Shown here piece after piece: positions 21,148 through 36,800 of a stretch of 64,000 bases of DNA (its first letter is position 1; each line of letters starts with the position of its first letter). Location: positions 59,604-123,603 of the IMG/VR virus record IMGVR_UViG_3300035520_000607; one strand, written 5' to 3'. A program made the position numbers and the translations under genes. The DNA is from a virus (lineage: Duplodnaviria > Caudoviricetes). The notes beneath the pieces are model-generated. The model was given only the letters and a program-made list of their open reading frames with translations, did not search any database and had not been told where the DNA came from.

Positions 21148-23748
21148 TTATGCTGTTCTTTTCCAAACATACATTGTGTAATATGGTGGCTCAATGCTGT
21201 GCGTATGACTTCCTAATCCATGTCTATGACCTTCTGAAGCATTCTTAGCTTCATTATTACTAATCGAAACACCAACAGATCCTTCAATACTAACTTTATC
21301 TGGCTTATGAGAATAACTTGAAGTTGAGAAACCATTTCCCCAAGTGTCTGAATATGCGTTTTGTGTAACACTAGTATTAGTTCCTGCTGCCACACTTTGG
21401 GTATTTGATGTAGTGCCATGTCTAATATAGAAATTCGCCTCAAAAGACCCTGATGCGCCATGGTTATGCGCAGGTAAGCCAGATTGAGCGGCTGACAATG
21501 TTGTATAGTCAGTATTTCCTGATGCGGCTCCAGATGTTGAACTACCACCAGTTGTGCCACCAGATGTTCCAGCATATAAATAATATCCGCTAATTTGAGT
21601 TCAAGATCCTCCAAACATACTAGCTGGGCTAGTACTCTCTACGGACATATATATACTTCCAACTGGATATGCCATTAACGCTCCCCCATCAGTAGATGTA
21701 ACAGTTGCAGTAGGTTCTGTCGTTTCAGGTATATTATTATTATCAAAATATGTAATTGGATAATAATTATTAGTAAATCCACCATCTATATCTGTATGAT
21801 ATAATTCATAAAAAGACAATCTTCCTCATTGTCTTTGACTTCTTTTAACATACATTGTTCAAGTCATTCCGGTAATTGAAATTCTTATCATATCTCTAGT
21901 TATATAAGTACAATCGCGTCTTGCTAATCATGAACAAGACCAACAACTAACGGTCGTATTGTGACATCTCATAACTATTTCAAGAATGCCAGTACCGCCA
22001 ATACCAGATGGGTGATTTTCTTTAACTAGATAAACTAAAGATATATTGCCATATCCCCCCATAGTAGACTCAGCCACTTTATATCATCCCGCAGTATCAG
22101 CTGTATCTGAACCTACATTAGCAACATTTTGATAATGAAATTGTCCACCTGGAACATATAATCCTTTACCTGTAGGATAGCTATTAATACCTACACCTTC
22201 AGTTGAGGTATCAAGGAAAACAATAGGTTGTCCAATTGATACTGTAGCAGAAACAGCTTTACTTTCATTACCAATAGCATCTACAACTTTTAAGTAATAA
22301 GTTTGAGATTTATCTATATCAAGAGTAGTTTCAACAGTACGAGTGCTACTATCAAGCTCAGTTCATTCTCCATCAGATCCAACTTTCCAATAATATGCGG
22401 AAATACTATTATAATTATCTAAAGAAGTATAACTTGCATTGCCAGTAATCTTAACTTCCTCTCCATAGCCATCAGTACGTACAGCACTAATTATAGCCGT
22501 AGGACTCGAATAACCTATACAAGAAATAGTAACTGTTGCAGTTGCAGTAAAACCACGACTATCTTTTACGGTTATTGTTCCCGCAGTTGATGTTGTATAA
22601 CTAAAAGTCATATCACTTTGGAAAGATGTCTCTGTTGATGTGACACTTTGACTTTTACCTCCAAAAGTAAAAGTTGTACTTGAAATTGTAGCTCCTTGAG
22701 AAGGGGTTCCAATATCTCCGCTACTATAAATTTTTAAATAGCTATAACCTTGAACTAATTTTTTTAATCCGCTTAATATATCTTTATTATGATAGATATT
22801 GTATTTAAAATTAGAAGATGTTATTTTTGGACCTGCATAAGATGAACTACCATAAACTGTTGCGGTTCCTGAAGCATTTAATCCTGTTGCGGTTGCTGTA
22901 TACGTGATGCTTTTGCTAGATGCTGTAGTCATTTGAGCATAACCGCTTGAGCTACTAAAGCTTAAAGTTGCACTTGTTCCTGTCGTAGTTCCGCTAGCAG
23001 AGTAATTCCCAAAAGTAAATTTGTAAGTGATAGATCTGCTTAATGGGTTATAAAATTTAAAAGTTAATGTTTTAGTCGCGGCATCCATGGTAAAGTTACC
23101 TGGCCACGAATTTACATATGGATATGAATAAGTAGTACAGCTCGAAGTGCTCGAATCTGTAGTTAATTGACTTGCTGTACTTCTTACTCTTATTTTACAA
23201 TTATAACTGGTTCCCGCACTTAGTCCAGAGGATATTGTATACACTCCTGATGTAGTATTATTAACAGACCCTCTTGCTGTCCATGAGGCTCCATTGTCTA
23301 ATGAATACCATAAATAATCAATAGGACCAGAAACTTCCCAGTTAATTGTTATACCAAGTTCTCCATTTGCAGTTGTTGTAAAACTATTAATAGTGACATA
23401 ACTAGCGACTGTAACTGTTGCACTTCCGCTTGAAGTTTTTCCTGACAATGTGGTATTACTAGGTCCAGTAATACTACCTGAGACAGTGACATTGCTAGTA
23501 CAAGTAGCGGAAGCTGAAGCCATTAAGACCCAGTCTTGCGCTACATATATCTGAGTAGATGAATTAATATTAACTTGAGTACTTCCTATTTTAACATACC
23601 CGCTCCATTTACCACTTGTTGTACCAGTTGTTGTACTTTTTTTCTTAGCATATAATTTTGCGGTTACCGTAGTTCCGCTAACTGTTCAATCAATTTTTCC
23701 TTCCAAATTACCACTTGTTGAAAGTGTTATCGTTCCACTTGTTGCCAT
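21148..23748 (-). CDS. Minor tail/receptor-binding protein, 866 aa (7 TGA=Trp); DUF859-like N-terminus, FN3, gp10-like C-terminus
   Basis: Starts MATSGTITLS; three track ORFs join; ITVKDSRG, YPVGSIYMSV...FGGS*TQI, PPYYTMYVWKRTA. Confidence 0.85.
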
Positions 23749-23764
23749 TTAATCCTTTTTCCTC

Positions 23765-26700
23765 CTAACCTTTATGAACAAAAGCAATACCATTATGAGA
23801 TCCTGATACTGCTTTAATTTCAACATTACCAATTACAAAAGAAGTAGATGCTGAACCTTTATCCATTGCAAATGTATCATCTTGAACTTCATAAATCGTT
23901 TTTTCGTTTCCTTCTACATCTCTTCTATAACCTTTGATTCCTTCTTCTCTTGTTATTTCTGTATGACAGAAGCCTTGTTCATTATAGAATTTTGTTCCTA
24001 TTGGAACTGTTATCGTTTCTTTAAAAATTCTTTCTCCAGTTTTTTCATCATACGCATAGACATCTACGTCCGTATCCTCTGGAGCTATAGATACCATTAT
24101 AATATCATTTCTATCTCTTAATATAAAAGTACCTGTATTTTGAGTATCTTCATAGTTTGCACCTATTACAATGCTATTGTTTGTTAATAAATCTGTTTGT
24201 AAATGTTGTGCAGTAATGTATTGTCCTGCGATAGTCCCTCCAATACTCCATGCTGTAGTATCTTTACCATTAACTCTAAATGAAATACCATTGGCATTAA
24301 TAACCATTTGTTGAGTATTATCATTATTTTTAACAACTATCTCGCCACCATTCATTGTGACAGTACCTTCTCCGCTTGTGAATCCACTTACTAAGTCACT
24401 TATATCATTTAATGCTGTATTTAAATCAGTAGTGGCTCCTCAATTAGTGTCTATATAAGGAGTACTATATACGGTATCTGTAACTCCTTCATAAATAGTT
24501 GCAGTTCTTACTCATAATGTATACTCAATAGTAGATTTTGAATCCCATTCAGGTTGTTTATTAGCCCATCTAGAGTCATTTTCCGCAGGCTCCTCTTTAC
24601 TAGTAGTTTTTAAAAATTGATTATATACTATTTTAACCTTTGGAATTCCTATCCAAGCTGGAGTTACATAAGATGTATCTGCGCCAGATATAACTTTAGT
24701 AGTTTGCCATAAAAAGCCTGAAGATTGAATATTAGTAGATTCTTGCCAATTTACTGTTATATTTCCTACATCACTGTTGCTATTGTCAGGTAATAAAGGA
24801 ATAGAAAATAGCGAATCAGTATAACAATATAAATTTTGAATTGTTGTTTTTAAATCGTCACTAGCTGGACTCCAGTCAGTAGTCATATTTCCTCTTTCAA
24901 CTTTTATATTGTATATCTTAGCTTTCCAATAAGAAGCTTCTTCTTCACAATTTGGTTGAATAAATAAGTTTAATTCATCTTCATTTATGCTTGATTTTCT
25001 GTTTTCAGTATCATGATAAGTAAATATAAATATAACATTATGAATATCTATTCCGTCATTTAATTCTACAGGAGTGTTGTAATCAAAATACTCTTCTCCA
25101 TCTACTGAATATTTAATCAATTCATAAAAATCTTCTGAAGCTTGTCCTCCTATTGTGATAATATTACCATCTAAAACTTCAAGTTTATAAGATAAAGAAT
25201 ATTGAGAGCCATCTTCAAATATATCATTATTTATTTCTAACCCTTCATTTTTTTCTGCTCCCCAAGAAGTCTCTGTAAAAATGAAATTTTCAAGTCTATG
25301 AGTACCTTTTTGATATGTTATTGAGCAGTTGATATCTGAACCTTCTTTATCAAAAGAAATATTATTAAATCCTTCGTATGGAATAGTAGTTCCCGCAGTT
25401 AATTGAATCTTTTGTTCTTCATCTAATATATAATATAATACAATAGGATTCCCTAATGCATACTTTTCCATTACAAGTTGTTTAAATTTATCTACATCTT
25501 CTGAACCATTATTATAATTAATACATAAAGAAGTATCATCAAATTTAATATCTTGATCAGTAAAATAATTACATATTATTTTAGTTCCTGATTTTTCTTC
25601 TATTTCTAATTCTTTCTTTGTTACTTTATATTCGTCAGAATCAAGAGTTCAATTCTCAAATCCATATAAAATAGTTTTACCTATTCTTTGAGTTAATATA
25701 CCAGAAGTAACATCATATTCATCATAAACATCATCTATTTTACATAATTCATAACTATCTATCAAATAATCATTATCTTTAGTTAAATCAATAGAGAAAT
25801 CTTTTCTTTCTCCTTGTTTATTAGTAAAAATTTGGAATAAAGATGTTTTTGTTGCGGAAATGCTTGAATGCTCTTCAACTCCCTTTATTAAATATAAACC
25901 TGTAAAAGAAATAGTTGTTTCCGCAGTCGTACACTTAAAACCTAAAGTTGTAGTATTAGTTGAATCTCCTCTTACTTGTGTAGACAAAGTATAAACTTGA
26001 TTCGCGGAAATAGTAAATACTAAATTTGTTTCACCATCTGCACCGCTAGTAATTTCTATTGTAGTATCTTTATCTGAAATTACATTAAAACCTAAAGTAT
26101 AAGTATCTGTTTGATTTATTAAAGAAGGTTTCCAATCAAAGGTTGCCCCTCCCATAGTTTCACTATCTGTTTTAAATTTTAAAGAATCATCAGATAGATA
26201 AAGAGAATTTTCTACAATATTCTTTTTTTCTGTTTCCGCAGCTTCTGATAGACTAATTAAATTTGTAATACCTTTTACATTTTTAACTTCTTGCGGAGTG
26301 TCAAATGTGATTCCACTCTCTTGCTCTGTATTTCCATAAAGCACATTTTGAATAAGAGCTACACTATCCATATCTTGAACTTCTGTTGTTTCTTTCAAAT
26401 TAATATTTTTTTCACTATCTAATGAACTATCTATTTCACTAACTGATAATAAATTTATCCCGCCAATAGAAATATCTCCGCTACTAACTAAAATAGGAAT
26501 AGATTGAAAATCTAGTGCTTTTTCTGGGTTAACCTCTTGTCCTGTTAATCCTAAATAAGCTCTTATAATTTTCATTTTTGCGGTAGGCGTTACTTCACAA
26601 TAACTTTCATTAATTTTGCTTTCATATAGAACTTTCCATTCTTCGCCATCTTCGGTATATTCTACTAACCATCTACCTAGATACTCTTCTCCATTGCTAT

Positions 26701-29700
26701 CTGCAGAAGTAAGAGTATAAGCTCCGAAAGATAATTTATTAGGGGTTAATATATTATCTGATTTAATAATACTTGCGGCAGATGGCATAATGTAATAACT
26801 AGCTGCAGCGTACGTCTTAGCTAGAGTATATCTTGCATAGCCGATGGTTTCCGCATCTCTAGTAATTACAAAATCTACAAACCCATTACTTGCTACTAAT
26901 TCAGTTACTTGATAAACATAACATTGATTTTCTTCATCTTTTTTAAATGTTCCTATTACTCCAGAAACAACTGGGCTAATACCAATTTCATCTAATAAAG
27001 TAAGATTTGTAGTACCTTGATATACTTGAATTGTAGTATTTGCAGAATCATAATTTGAAACATGTCCATTACTATCTGCTTGTAAAATTTGAGCTTCATT
27101 TGATACTAATATTGAATATCCACTATAACCAGTATCTCCTTTTGCTCCTGAAATACAAGTAGCTGCGCTTTCTTGGACATCTCCATTCAAATATGTAGTA
27201 ACAGTTTTTTGCCACATATATTTTCCATCAGTTCATTCAGGAGCTAGCATTGACCATCCATCAGTAGGCTCTTCAGTTTCACTATTTGATAATGCATAAA
27301 AAACTTTTACACTCTTAACTGCATTATCATTTATTTCATTCAAATCATTTACTGTTGCATATCCTATTGCTGATACATTTCCATCTTTATCTACTCTAAA
27401 TTTGCCAGAGCCAAAAGTAATATGAGGATCTGTTAAGTCTATTTCTAAACCAGAACCGCTTTCAACTATATTTCCTTCTTCATCAAGAGTAGGAGCAACA
27501 TAGTCTCCAGATCTTAATACTGCGGTATCATCTGTTGGATCTAAAATAATTTGTCCTTTACCAGCTTTACCAAATTTAGCTGAACCATCTTCTGCATTTA
27601 ATGCGATAGTTCTTTCACCTTCGTTATATCCAAATAAACCATATTCTGCATTGGATTTACCTGCTTCTTGAACTTGACCCATGAATACACCAGTAAAGCT
27701 ATTATCATCATTTTTCTTTCCTGCTCCAACTTGCGGTGCTAGTATGAATCCGCCATCTTCATCTATTTGGATATGGTTTCCATCCCAACCATTCATTGCG
27801 GAATTGCCATATTTATTTAGATATAAATGAATTGGAATATGAATATTTAATAATTCATCTCCGCCTCTAGTTATTGAACAATAAACTGCATTATTTACTG
27901 AATAACCATTAAAAACATCAATAGGTTTATAATTTTTCTCATTTACTTTTAATGAGTTAGTATAATCACGTTTTTCAATTAAATTTTCTTGAACATCCCA
28001 TTCTGAATTATAAACTTGACCTTTAACAGACCAATTATAATCAACTTGATATTGCGGTAACACTGTTGTACTAATATCTTCTGCTATACCATCAATAGTT
28101 TGAGTTATTTTTAATCTAAATGGATTTGCGCTATCGTATGCAGGCGTTTGTCCATCCGTTGTATACATAGCATATCTGAATCCTGTGTTCTTTTCCAATG
28201 ATGCCGTATAAGCTGCTTCCGCACTATTCTTAACTCTAACTAAAATAATAGGCATCGTCGCATAATAATCAACATCATCATAAGTTAAAGTACATTTAAG
28301 AATATTTGCTGGATAATCTATCTCAGTGCTATCAAAAGTAATCTTTCCAGTGGAAGCATCAACTTCAAAGTTAGAATAGTCGCATAAATTTCTTGTATAC
28401 GTATTGGCTAGCATTTCCCAATTTATTTTTACTTTTTTATCTTCTGTTGAGTTTCCTGAAGTCGTTCCATCGAATATTTGAACTCCATCATGCCATAATT
28501 CAGCCTTAAACCAGATGTCTGAACTTCTTGGTGTAAAATTCAAAGTTGGATTATCCGATCCTTCGACACTATTTTCATCATAAGTTACAGTTGGATAACT
28601 ATTAACTTCATTAATTGAATTTGGTGCTATTCTACAAACAAAATTAGTACCATTAGCTCCACTTTCGCCTTCTTTAATAAACAATAGGTCAGTATATGCG
28701 GAAATAATTTTATCTTTATAAGTTACTGTTAATTGAATTGTATTTCTAGTGCTTGCCGCATTATATTGGTTAGCAATAGTGAAGTATAGTTGTCTATACT
28801 CAGTATAAGTTGCGGTTTCATCTATTTCATTTGTAGATATTGGATTTCCATGAACTGCGGAAATAGTTATTAAACTATCATCAGTTGGAACAGTCCAATA
28901 AATATCTTTAGCTTTAATTGCATTTTCACTTATTTCTTGTCCTTGATCATCATATAATGTAAAAGATAGAGGATATAGTTCTTGCGGATTCTCTAGTGAT
29001 TTACTGGTTGGCGCAATACCTTTTTCATTATACTTAAATACTTGATTTCCGCCATTAATAACTAAAGTATAAGCCTTTTTGTCTGTATTTAAGTCATTTA
29101 CTATTGTAATACTTGACTTACCAATATATTCATCATTTCTATAAACTAAACAAGTATAAGTACTAAAATTTGTAATTGTATTTAATTTTAAATTATAAAT
29201 CTTATTTCCTTCTACTCTCATTACTGTTTTATATTGAGAAATTGTATAAGCTAATTCACTTAATTTAGTTTGATTAGCTTCTGTATTTAAAACTATTCCG
29301 CTAGCTATTTCCGCAGATAATTCAGTATATTCTTTAACTGCATTATTATATTCAGTATTTCTAGTTGAAGTTTCTTCTAAGACAGAAAAAATATTGTTAT
29401 TATCTGTGACTCCTCAATTAAATTCCCATTTAACATCATCTATATTATTAGGAGTCCCATTATTAACTAAACAAGTTAAAGTTGGATGACCTACATCATA
29501 AGAGAAATAGATCCCGCTATCTGAAACAATAGATATATCAAAAGTAGAAGAATAATTATAAATAGTTACATTCTTAGATAATACAAGACTATCATTGTAA
29601 ACGCATACACATTTATAAGTATTTTCTTTACCTTTATTATCGTCTTTCTTTATTACATAAGTTGAGTCTGCGGCAATCCATTCTATTACTTCATCATCTA

Positions 29701-30772
29701 TAATATTATAATCGTTTAAACATTCCCAGCCTAAGCCGCCATATCTATTATATTTTAAACTTGATGTATTAATTTTATTATTTTCTTTAAACCAATAATA
29801 TTTAGTAAGACCAATACTATCATCTATAACATCATTATTTATTCTAGTTTGGGCTTGAATTTTTCTAGTTGCGGAAATAGTATCATTATCATCAAAATAA
29901 ATACCTTGAGGAGTAATTAATGTTAATGCATTACCTGCAATCTCCTCATCAGAAAGAGCCTCTGCCGCTTCTAATATAATATCTCTAAAGAAAATATCTT
30001 TTTCAGTTATATTTTCATCACTATTAGGGAAGTTATAACCATAAGCATAAATTTTACTAATTTCTTTAAAATTCTCTCCATCAATTTCAAATACCACTTT
30101 TTGCTCTGTGAAGTTTGAAAAATTATATGGATTTCCTTTCATTTGATTAATATTTACTAAATAAGTTCTTAAAACGTCCTCTCCTGTGTTATTATCAGAA
30201 AAAATTAAGTCAAAAGCTAAACCATAATCTCCTTTATATTGTTGCTCTTGTTTTAAATTAGTTTTAAAACTAGCTCCGCAAATTAAATAATCAGATTGTT
30301 GTAAATATGCGGCAACCGCAAACTCGTTTATATTAATTAGTGCATTTTCTTTATCTTGTTGATCAAATAAAACTATGGCATCTCCACCTGGAGTATAAGA
30401 ACATAAACCAAACTCCGCATCTGATGTAATAGTATTATTTCCAATTACTTCATATCCATCTGAACTTTCAATAATATTAACATAATCAATACCTAATTTA
30501 TCAACAGTACCAATAATTGTTTTTGTCTGTGACATGTCATTTCCAGGTACAAGAACGTAAACCGACGTTCCCGCAGTATAAGTAACTGAAGTATCTGCTG
30601 CATAAGCATAGAATGAACTATCTTGATATTTTACTACATATTTACCAAGACTTTTATCTGAACATTTTGATATAACGCCTTTAATAGTCTTATCATAATT
30701 AGCTTTAGATACAGCATTCTCAACTATAGTTTGAATAGCATCTAATATTTTATTTTCATAGTTGTTACTCAT
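23765..30772 (-). CDS. Large tail tip/host-specificity protein, 2335 aa (5 TGA=Trp)
   Basis: Five track ORFs share one frame and gaps are open except TGA; e.g. APE*TDGKYMWQKT; follows tape measure. Confidence 0.85.
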
Positions 30773-30871
30773 TCCTTTTCATCTCCTTTTTTCTCTCATC
30801 TTATAGTATTTCATTTTTTACTTTTTCTAATTAAACATTTTAGACCAATAAAAAAAGAGAGATAGTTAATA

Positions 30872-33800
30872 CTATCTCTTTTGTTGCGCTCTTTGCGCAG
30901 CTACGTTTACTAAATTATTTAAAGCATCTTCGATTTCTTTTGCACTAGTTGCATTAGGGAATGTAGCTTCAATATGAACATCTTGTTCAAGAGTGTTTGT
31001 ATTATCTGCGGAAATACCTGATATAGAAGCAATAGATGAAATCTTATTAGATAAATTATTATTCATTGAGTTTGTAATTTGTCTTAAAATATTTACTGCA
31101 TCTAACATATTTTCAGTATCTTTTGCATTTAATACTAATTCTTTTTGATGTAATAATGCAAGTCTACCACTATTATCCCATGAACCAGTATAACCACCAG
31201 TATCATATCCTGTTAATTGACTTTGTTTTAATCATCCGTAAGCAGAATCTGTAGAATATACATGGACTGGATAAGGTTTTCCATTTGCAATTTGAGTAAC
31301 TTTAACTTGCTTTCCTACTCCACGTTTTCCTTTGGAGCCTCCTCCTGATGAAGTAGAATAATAATATCCTCCAGTATAAGTAACAGTTTCTCCTACTGAA
31401 AGAACTCCATCTCCTCCAGAAGAAGATGTTGTTGAGCTTGGTGTGCTAGTTGAACTAGAAGTATTTGCGGAGCTAGTTGTTGCAACAGGTTCACTTGCTG
31501 TACTTGTGCTAGCAGCCTCTAAAGAAGAACGATTTTGTTCTTCTCATAACTTATAAGCCTCAGTAGTAGCTGTCTTAGCAGCTTCAGCAACATTATTATA
31601 GTAATCTTGCAAAAGACCTAATTGATCTATTACCGCTTGAATTGCATCTACTTGGTCATAATAAGTATCAATTAAAGTCTTATTATCTTCAATTAAATCT
31701 TGAGTATCTGAAATAGTTTGGTCGATTTCCTCTCCAAGAGTACCAAATGTAGTATTAGCTACCTCTTGTAAATCAGTTAAGCTATTTTCATAATCTTCAG
31801 TTGCTTGATTTATATTATCTAGGGCTTCTTCCATAGTTTTCTCGAATCCGCCTTCTCTAGATATTTCATCAACCATTTGTTGTAATCCTGAAGTCCAACC
31901 ATATACCATATCTGCAATAGCTTCATCTTCATTATCTATAAAAGCATCTAATTCTTCAGAGCCTTTACCATACAAATCTTCAAGTTCTAAGAACACAGAT
32001 TCATGTAAATTACTTTGAATTTGTTGATTTTCCGCAACTACTCCATTAATTAATTCTCCATATTCTTGTTCTAATAATAATTCACGCTGTTTTCTTTCTT
32101 CTGGGTCATTGATTTGAGCGGCTTCCGCCATTTTTTCTTGGAACTCAGTCCAAATATCGTACATCTCATTTAAATTACTTTGATATTGATCAGTATCTAA
32201 ATTATATAGTTGATTATATAAATCAGATATTTCTTGTTGCAATGAAGATATTTGATCTTCATCTGAGACATATTGATAAGTATAATTACCTTGACTATCT
32301 CTTCTTAATCTCATAGTTGATTTATTTTGTTGAGCTTCTTCTAAAGCAATCTGTTTTAAAGCAATTTGATATTTTAATTCCGCTCTATCTAAATCATATT
32401 GAGTTAATTTATCTTTTTCTTTTAATGCAGCAACTTCTTCTTCCATTAACTGGTTAAGTTTCTTTTGTGCTGTTACATTATCCGTATCATCAATAGCTTC
32501 TAAATATTTATTTTGTAATTCTTGGATACCATAAGTGGCATTAATAGTATCTAAATATTTATCTGCTTTTGTATTAATTAATTCCCATTCTTGATTAATA
32601 TAGTCTAGACCAGCTCCGCTTGTTACCTTATTATTTAAAGCTTGAAATATTTCATTAATTGTATTTAAATATTTTTCTTGTAAATTATCAATAGCAGTTT
32701 CAACTGAAGATTGTCAGTCACTAACTGCGGACATCCATTCATCTCTAGCTGTTTCCCAGGCATCTGTACCTTCTTCTAAAGTATCCATTTGCTTTTTCCA
32801 AAATTCAACTTGTTGAGTTTGGAAGTCTATTTGCGCATTTAGATTTTGCTCTTGTTGACTATAATATAACGATAATCTACTATAGGCGTCTTCTCCATAG
32901 ACTAATTGAACTAATTTCATATTATGTTCAAGAGTATTAGATATTTGATCATAATAAGATAATTGATCTTCCATTTGATCTGCAATATCTTGCATTGTTT
33001 CATCTAATGCATCTTGGATTTCTTCAACTAAATCCGCAACGTCTTCTAAGTCAGACATTGATTGTTCATAATAAGTCTTTAATTTTTCTAATGCAGATTG
33101 CATGTCATTATTACTTGCGGAAATGCCATCTCCAAACCAATCAGATGCTTGACCTGCGGCCATTTTATTGATTTCCGCCATTAATTTATTTAGATATTTA
33201 GTATTTTCTTGAATTTGACCAGTTTGATCTTGTTTATAATAAATACTAAACGATTCAAGATTTGCTTTTGCAGTTCCTAGAATATCATCATCTTTAATAC
33301 TATCAATAACTTTTTTCTTAAATTCTAACCAATCTTTTTCAGCTTCAGATAAATCTAATGCTATCTCGATTTCCATATCGAATTCTTGCATCTTTATTTC
33401 AATTTGTTGATCGATAGCATCTTGGATATCATCATAAAGACCTGGGATTGTACTAGTAGCTAATTCCTCATAGTTACTAATCCATTCTTTAAAGTTTTCC
33501 CATCTTTCTTTTGCGGCATCATCATCTGTTGTTGCACTTGTATATTTCTTTTGTTCTGACGCAAATATACTTTCATAGCTAGCTTGATTAATAGTTCCGT
33601 CTGAATTAAATAATAATCCATAAGTAGAACTCAATTTATTAGCCATTTCAGATTGTTCAGCTTCTGCAATTAATAATTTTTGTCTAGTTAAATCAATTTG
33701 ATCATTTAAAGTTGTTAATTGTTTATTTAAATTTTCAATTAATTTAGTTCCAACTAGTTTATCTTCTTGCTTTTGTAGTCTTGATAATGTAGTTGAAATA

Positions 33801-36800
33801 TTCTCTAATTTTTCATTAACTTCTTGATATCTATCTGCCGTTTCATCAGAAGTATTATAAGACTTACTTGATCCGCTAGAAGAAGATGAACTTTTTTTAC
33901 TAGAAGTTTTTGGTGTATAATTAAAATTATTAGCTTTTTTTAATGATGTAATTTGAGGAACGACCATGTCTGTAGAAGTTGTTCATTTTACATTTTCTGG
34001 TAAAACCTTTTTCCCAAGAACTTTATTAATAGAACTTGCTCCAGGAATTGCTATACTATGAGTTTCTGTTTGAGTAATTGGGGTCATAGTAACTTCTGCA
34101 TCATATCCAATACTATCAAAATAACTTTGAATTTCTTGAGCGCTTAATCCTGATTTTTGAACGAATTCATTAATTGCGCTTAAAGCTTCTGTATCATCAA
34201 AAGTTGCTCCAATTTCTAAATCTTTAGTTTGATCAATTATGTCTTCTATATCTGAATTAAATTTATTAATTAAATTAGTTTTTTCCTCATCTGTCAATTC
34301 AATATTTCATTCTAGATCTAAATCGTCTAATTGATCAGTGGCTAATATTTTTTGGAATTCTACTAAAGCATCTTTATCTCCATTAATTGCTGCTTGTATG
34401 GTTTTAAAATTTTCTTGCAATGTCTTAAGAGGAACATTAACTCCAAAAGTATCTTCAATGGTAGTTTGAAGTTTTTGAGCAGCTTGTCTAGCTTCTGAAG
34501 ACATTTTTGTATAATCGTCTCCAGCATTATACCATTCTTCTAAAGCATCTTCACTATCATTAATAGAATCTGCTAATGTGTCCATTTTATTAGAGAATTT
34601 TGCTGCTTCTACGGCATATTTCGCTAACTCTTTTTCAGATAACTTAGCCCCCTCTTCAGTTAATGAGAACATTCTTGCAATATCTTTTAATCCTGCTACT
34701 GTCTCACCTGTAGCTTCTGCGCCCTCAGAATAAATATTTTCTATTTCATCTTGAAGATTTTTTTCAGCTTTTTCAGTGTCATAATCTTGAATACCTTTTA
34801 TAAATTCTTCTGCACTACTTAATCCTAATTGATTAAAAACTTCTTTAATTTTATCTTCATCTAAATTTTGTAATTCTAAAATATCTTCTGAAGTAAAATC
34901 AGAAAGAACTAAATTACCTTTTTTGTCTATTTTAGTTGCTCCTATTTTATCAGCTAGATCTTTAGAGACTCCTAAAGTATTTTGAATTGAAGATACTATA
35001 CTTTCTGCTTCTGTTGTTATATCGTCAATAGATTTAGGAGTGGCTCCTTCTATCGCTTTATCTCATCTTTCATTGTGTTCATCATCAGAAAAATAACTAT
35101 ATTTTTTTAATGAATAAGTTCCTTGGGCAATTGCATTAGCGATTGTTTTGGACATTGCATCGGCATCAAAAGTTTCTCCATTATAAGTATATTTTCTATC
35201 TTTGTCATTACCACTTACTTTAGTGAATAACGATGCGTCTCAAGTTCCACCACTTGCTTCAACATAGTTTCTCATGAAAGTGATAGCGTCTACATCTTTT
35301 GTACTACTACTCCATTCAACTCCAGCCTTTTCTGCCTCTCTAATTGATTTAGCAATACTATCCTCATCAACTTCTTCATTTCATAATCTTGTCGCTGTTT
35401 CTCCACTTGCTGTTATAGCTGTAGGAGTTAAAAGTGTTTCAATATTATTAACTTCTGTTTCAAGTTCAGAAATATTTTCATCTGTTGAATCAAAAGTTCC
35501 TTGCATATCTTTAAAAGCAAATTTAAAATTACGAAGATATTCTTCATATGTATCAAATTGAGTATCATCATAATAGTTTTTAGCTATTCTTTCTAATTGT
35601 TGAGAATACTCGTCAGCAGTTAAATTAGCTAAAGATCTTTGATCATCTATACTTAATGAGAAAGTAACTTTATCATAGTTTTCTCCATTTCAAACTGTTA
35701 TTTGTTTTGTGTTATTATTATAAAGTTTCTTTTCTTGAGCTTCTAATAAAGATTTTTGAGCAACAAGAGCTGCAGATTCCTGCATTTCAGATTGTGCAGT
35801 CAATTTTTCTATGTATTCATTATAGATATTTTTATCTATAGATAATTGGCCAGAAGTCCTCTTAATTAAACCGTTTATTTTTAATAATTCTGGATTATTT
35901 TGAACTATTTCTAGAACAGATTGATTAACGTTTTGTAAAGCTTCATTCCATGCTTCTGTCCCTTTAATACAGCTATTTAAAGTTGTTAGATATTCTTCAT
36001 ATTGATCAAAAGAAGATTGTAATGTTGTTAAACTATCTTTTGTTTTCTCTGCTGCTTCACTTAAAGAGTCATAAGCATTTTGTAAACTCTCAATTTCTTT
36101 TTCTTCTTCTGATTTATAATTTTTCATTGCAGTAGTCGCTACCGCAATAACTCCAACTAAAGTGGTCAAAGCAACAATCATTGCGGTAATTGGATTAGAT
36201 AGCAAACTTGCTGTAAAAGCTTCATTAGCTGCGGTAGCCGCCTCTGTTGCTACAGTATCGGCTTCTGTTACAGCTATATCTGCAGTTTTTGTCGCTATAT
36301 CTGCTTTAATAACACCAGCTTCTGTTAAACGCGCAGTAATACTCTTCTCAGTAACTCCATAGCCAAGTTCTTTAGCAGCATTTATCGCTATCTCTGCAGC
36401 AGCTTCTTCAGTAGCTCCTTCTGCTAAAGCTTTTTTAGCTGTAGCTTCTGCATAATCTAAAACAATATTTTTAGCTTGCGATGCATTGTAAGCTTCACTT
36501 GAAACCTTTAAAGCATCAATAACACTTTTTATAGGATAATATAAAGAAACTAATGTTGTAAGAGTTTGAATTAGAGCTTCTCCTACAGTAACATCACCTT
36601 CAAGAAAATCACTTCAAATTGAAGATAAAGAACTCATTCCTGACCAAGCAGAAGATAATGCTGTAACTGACGTTGTTAAAGTATTAACAGCATTAATTAC
36701 TGGAGAAACTTTTTCTGCATCTCCTAAAATTTGATCAATATTTATATTCACTGTTTTTGCTTTAGATCTATTTTGCTCTGCTTTTTCAGTATTTGCTATA

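Noticed and set aside
8764-23748. Diversity-generating retroelement acting on the two gp10-like C-termini
   Set aside because: No reverse transcriptase in the window, and the two regions differ widely rather than only at adenines
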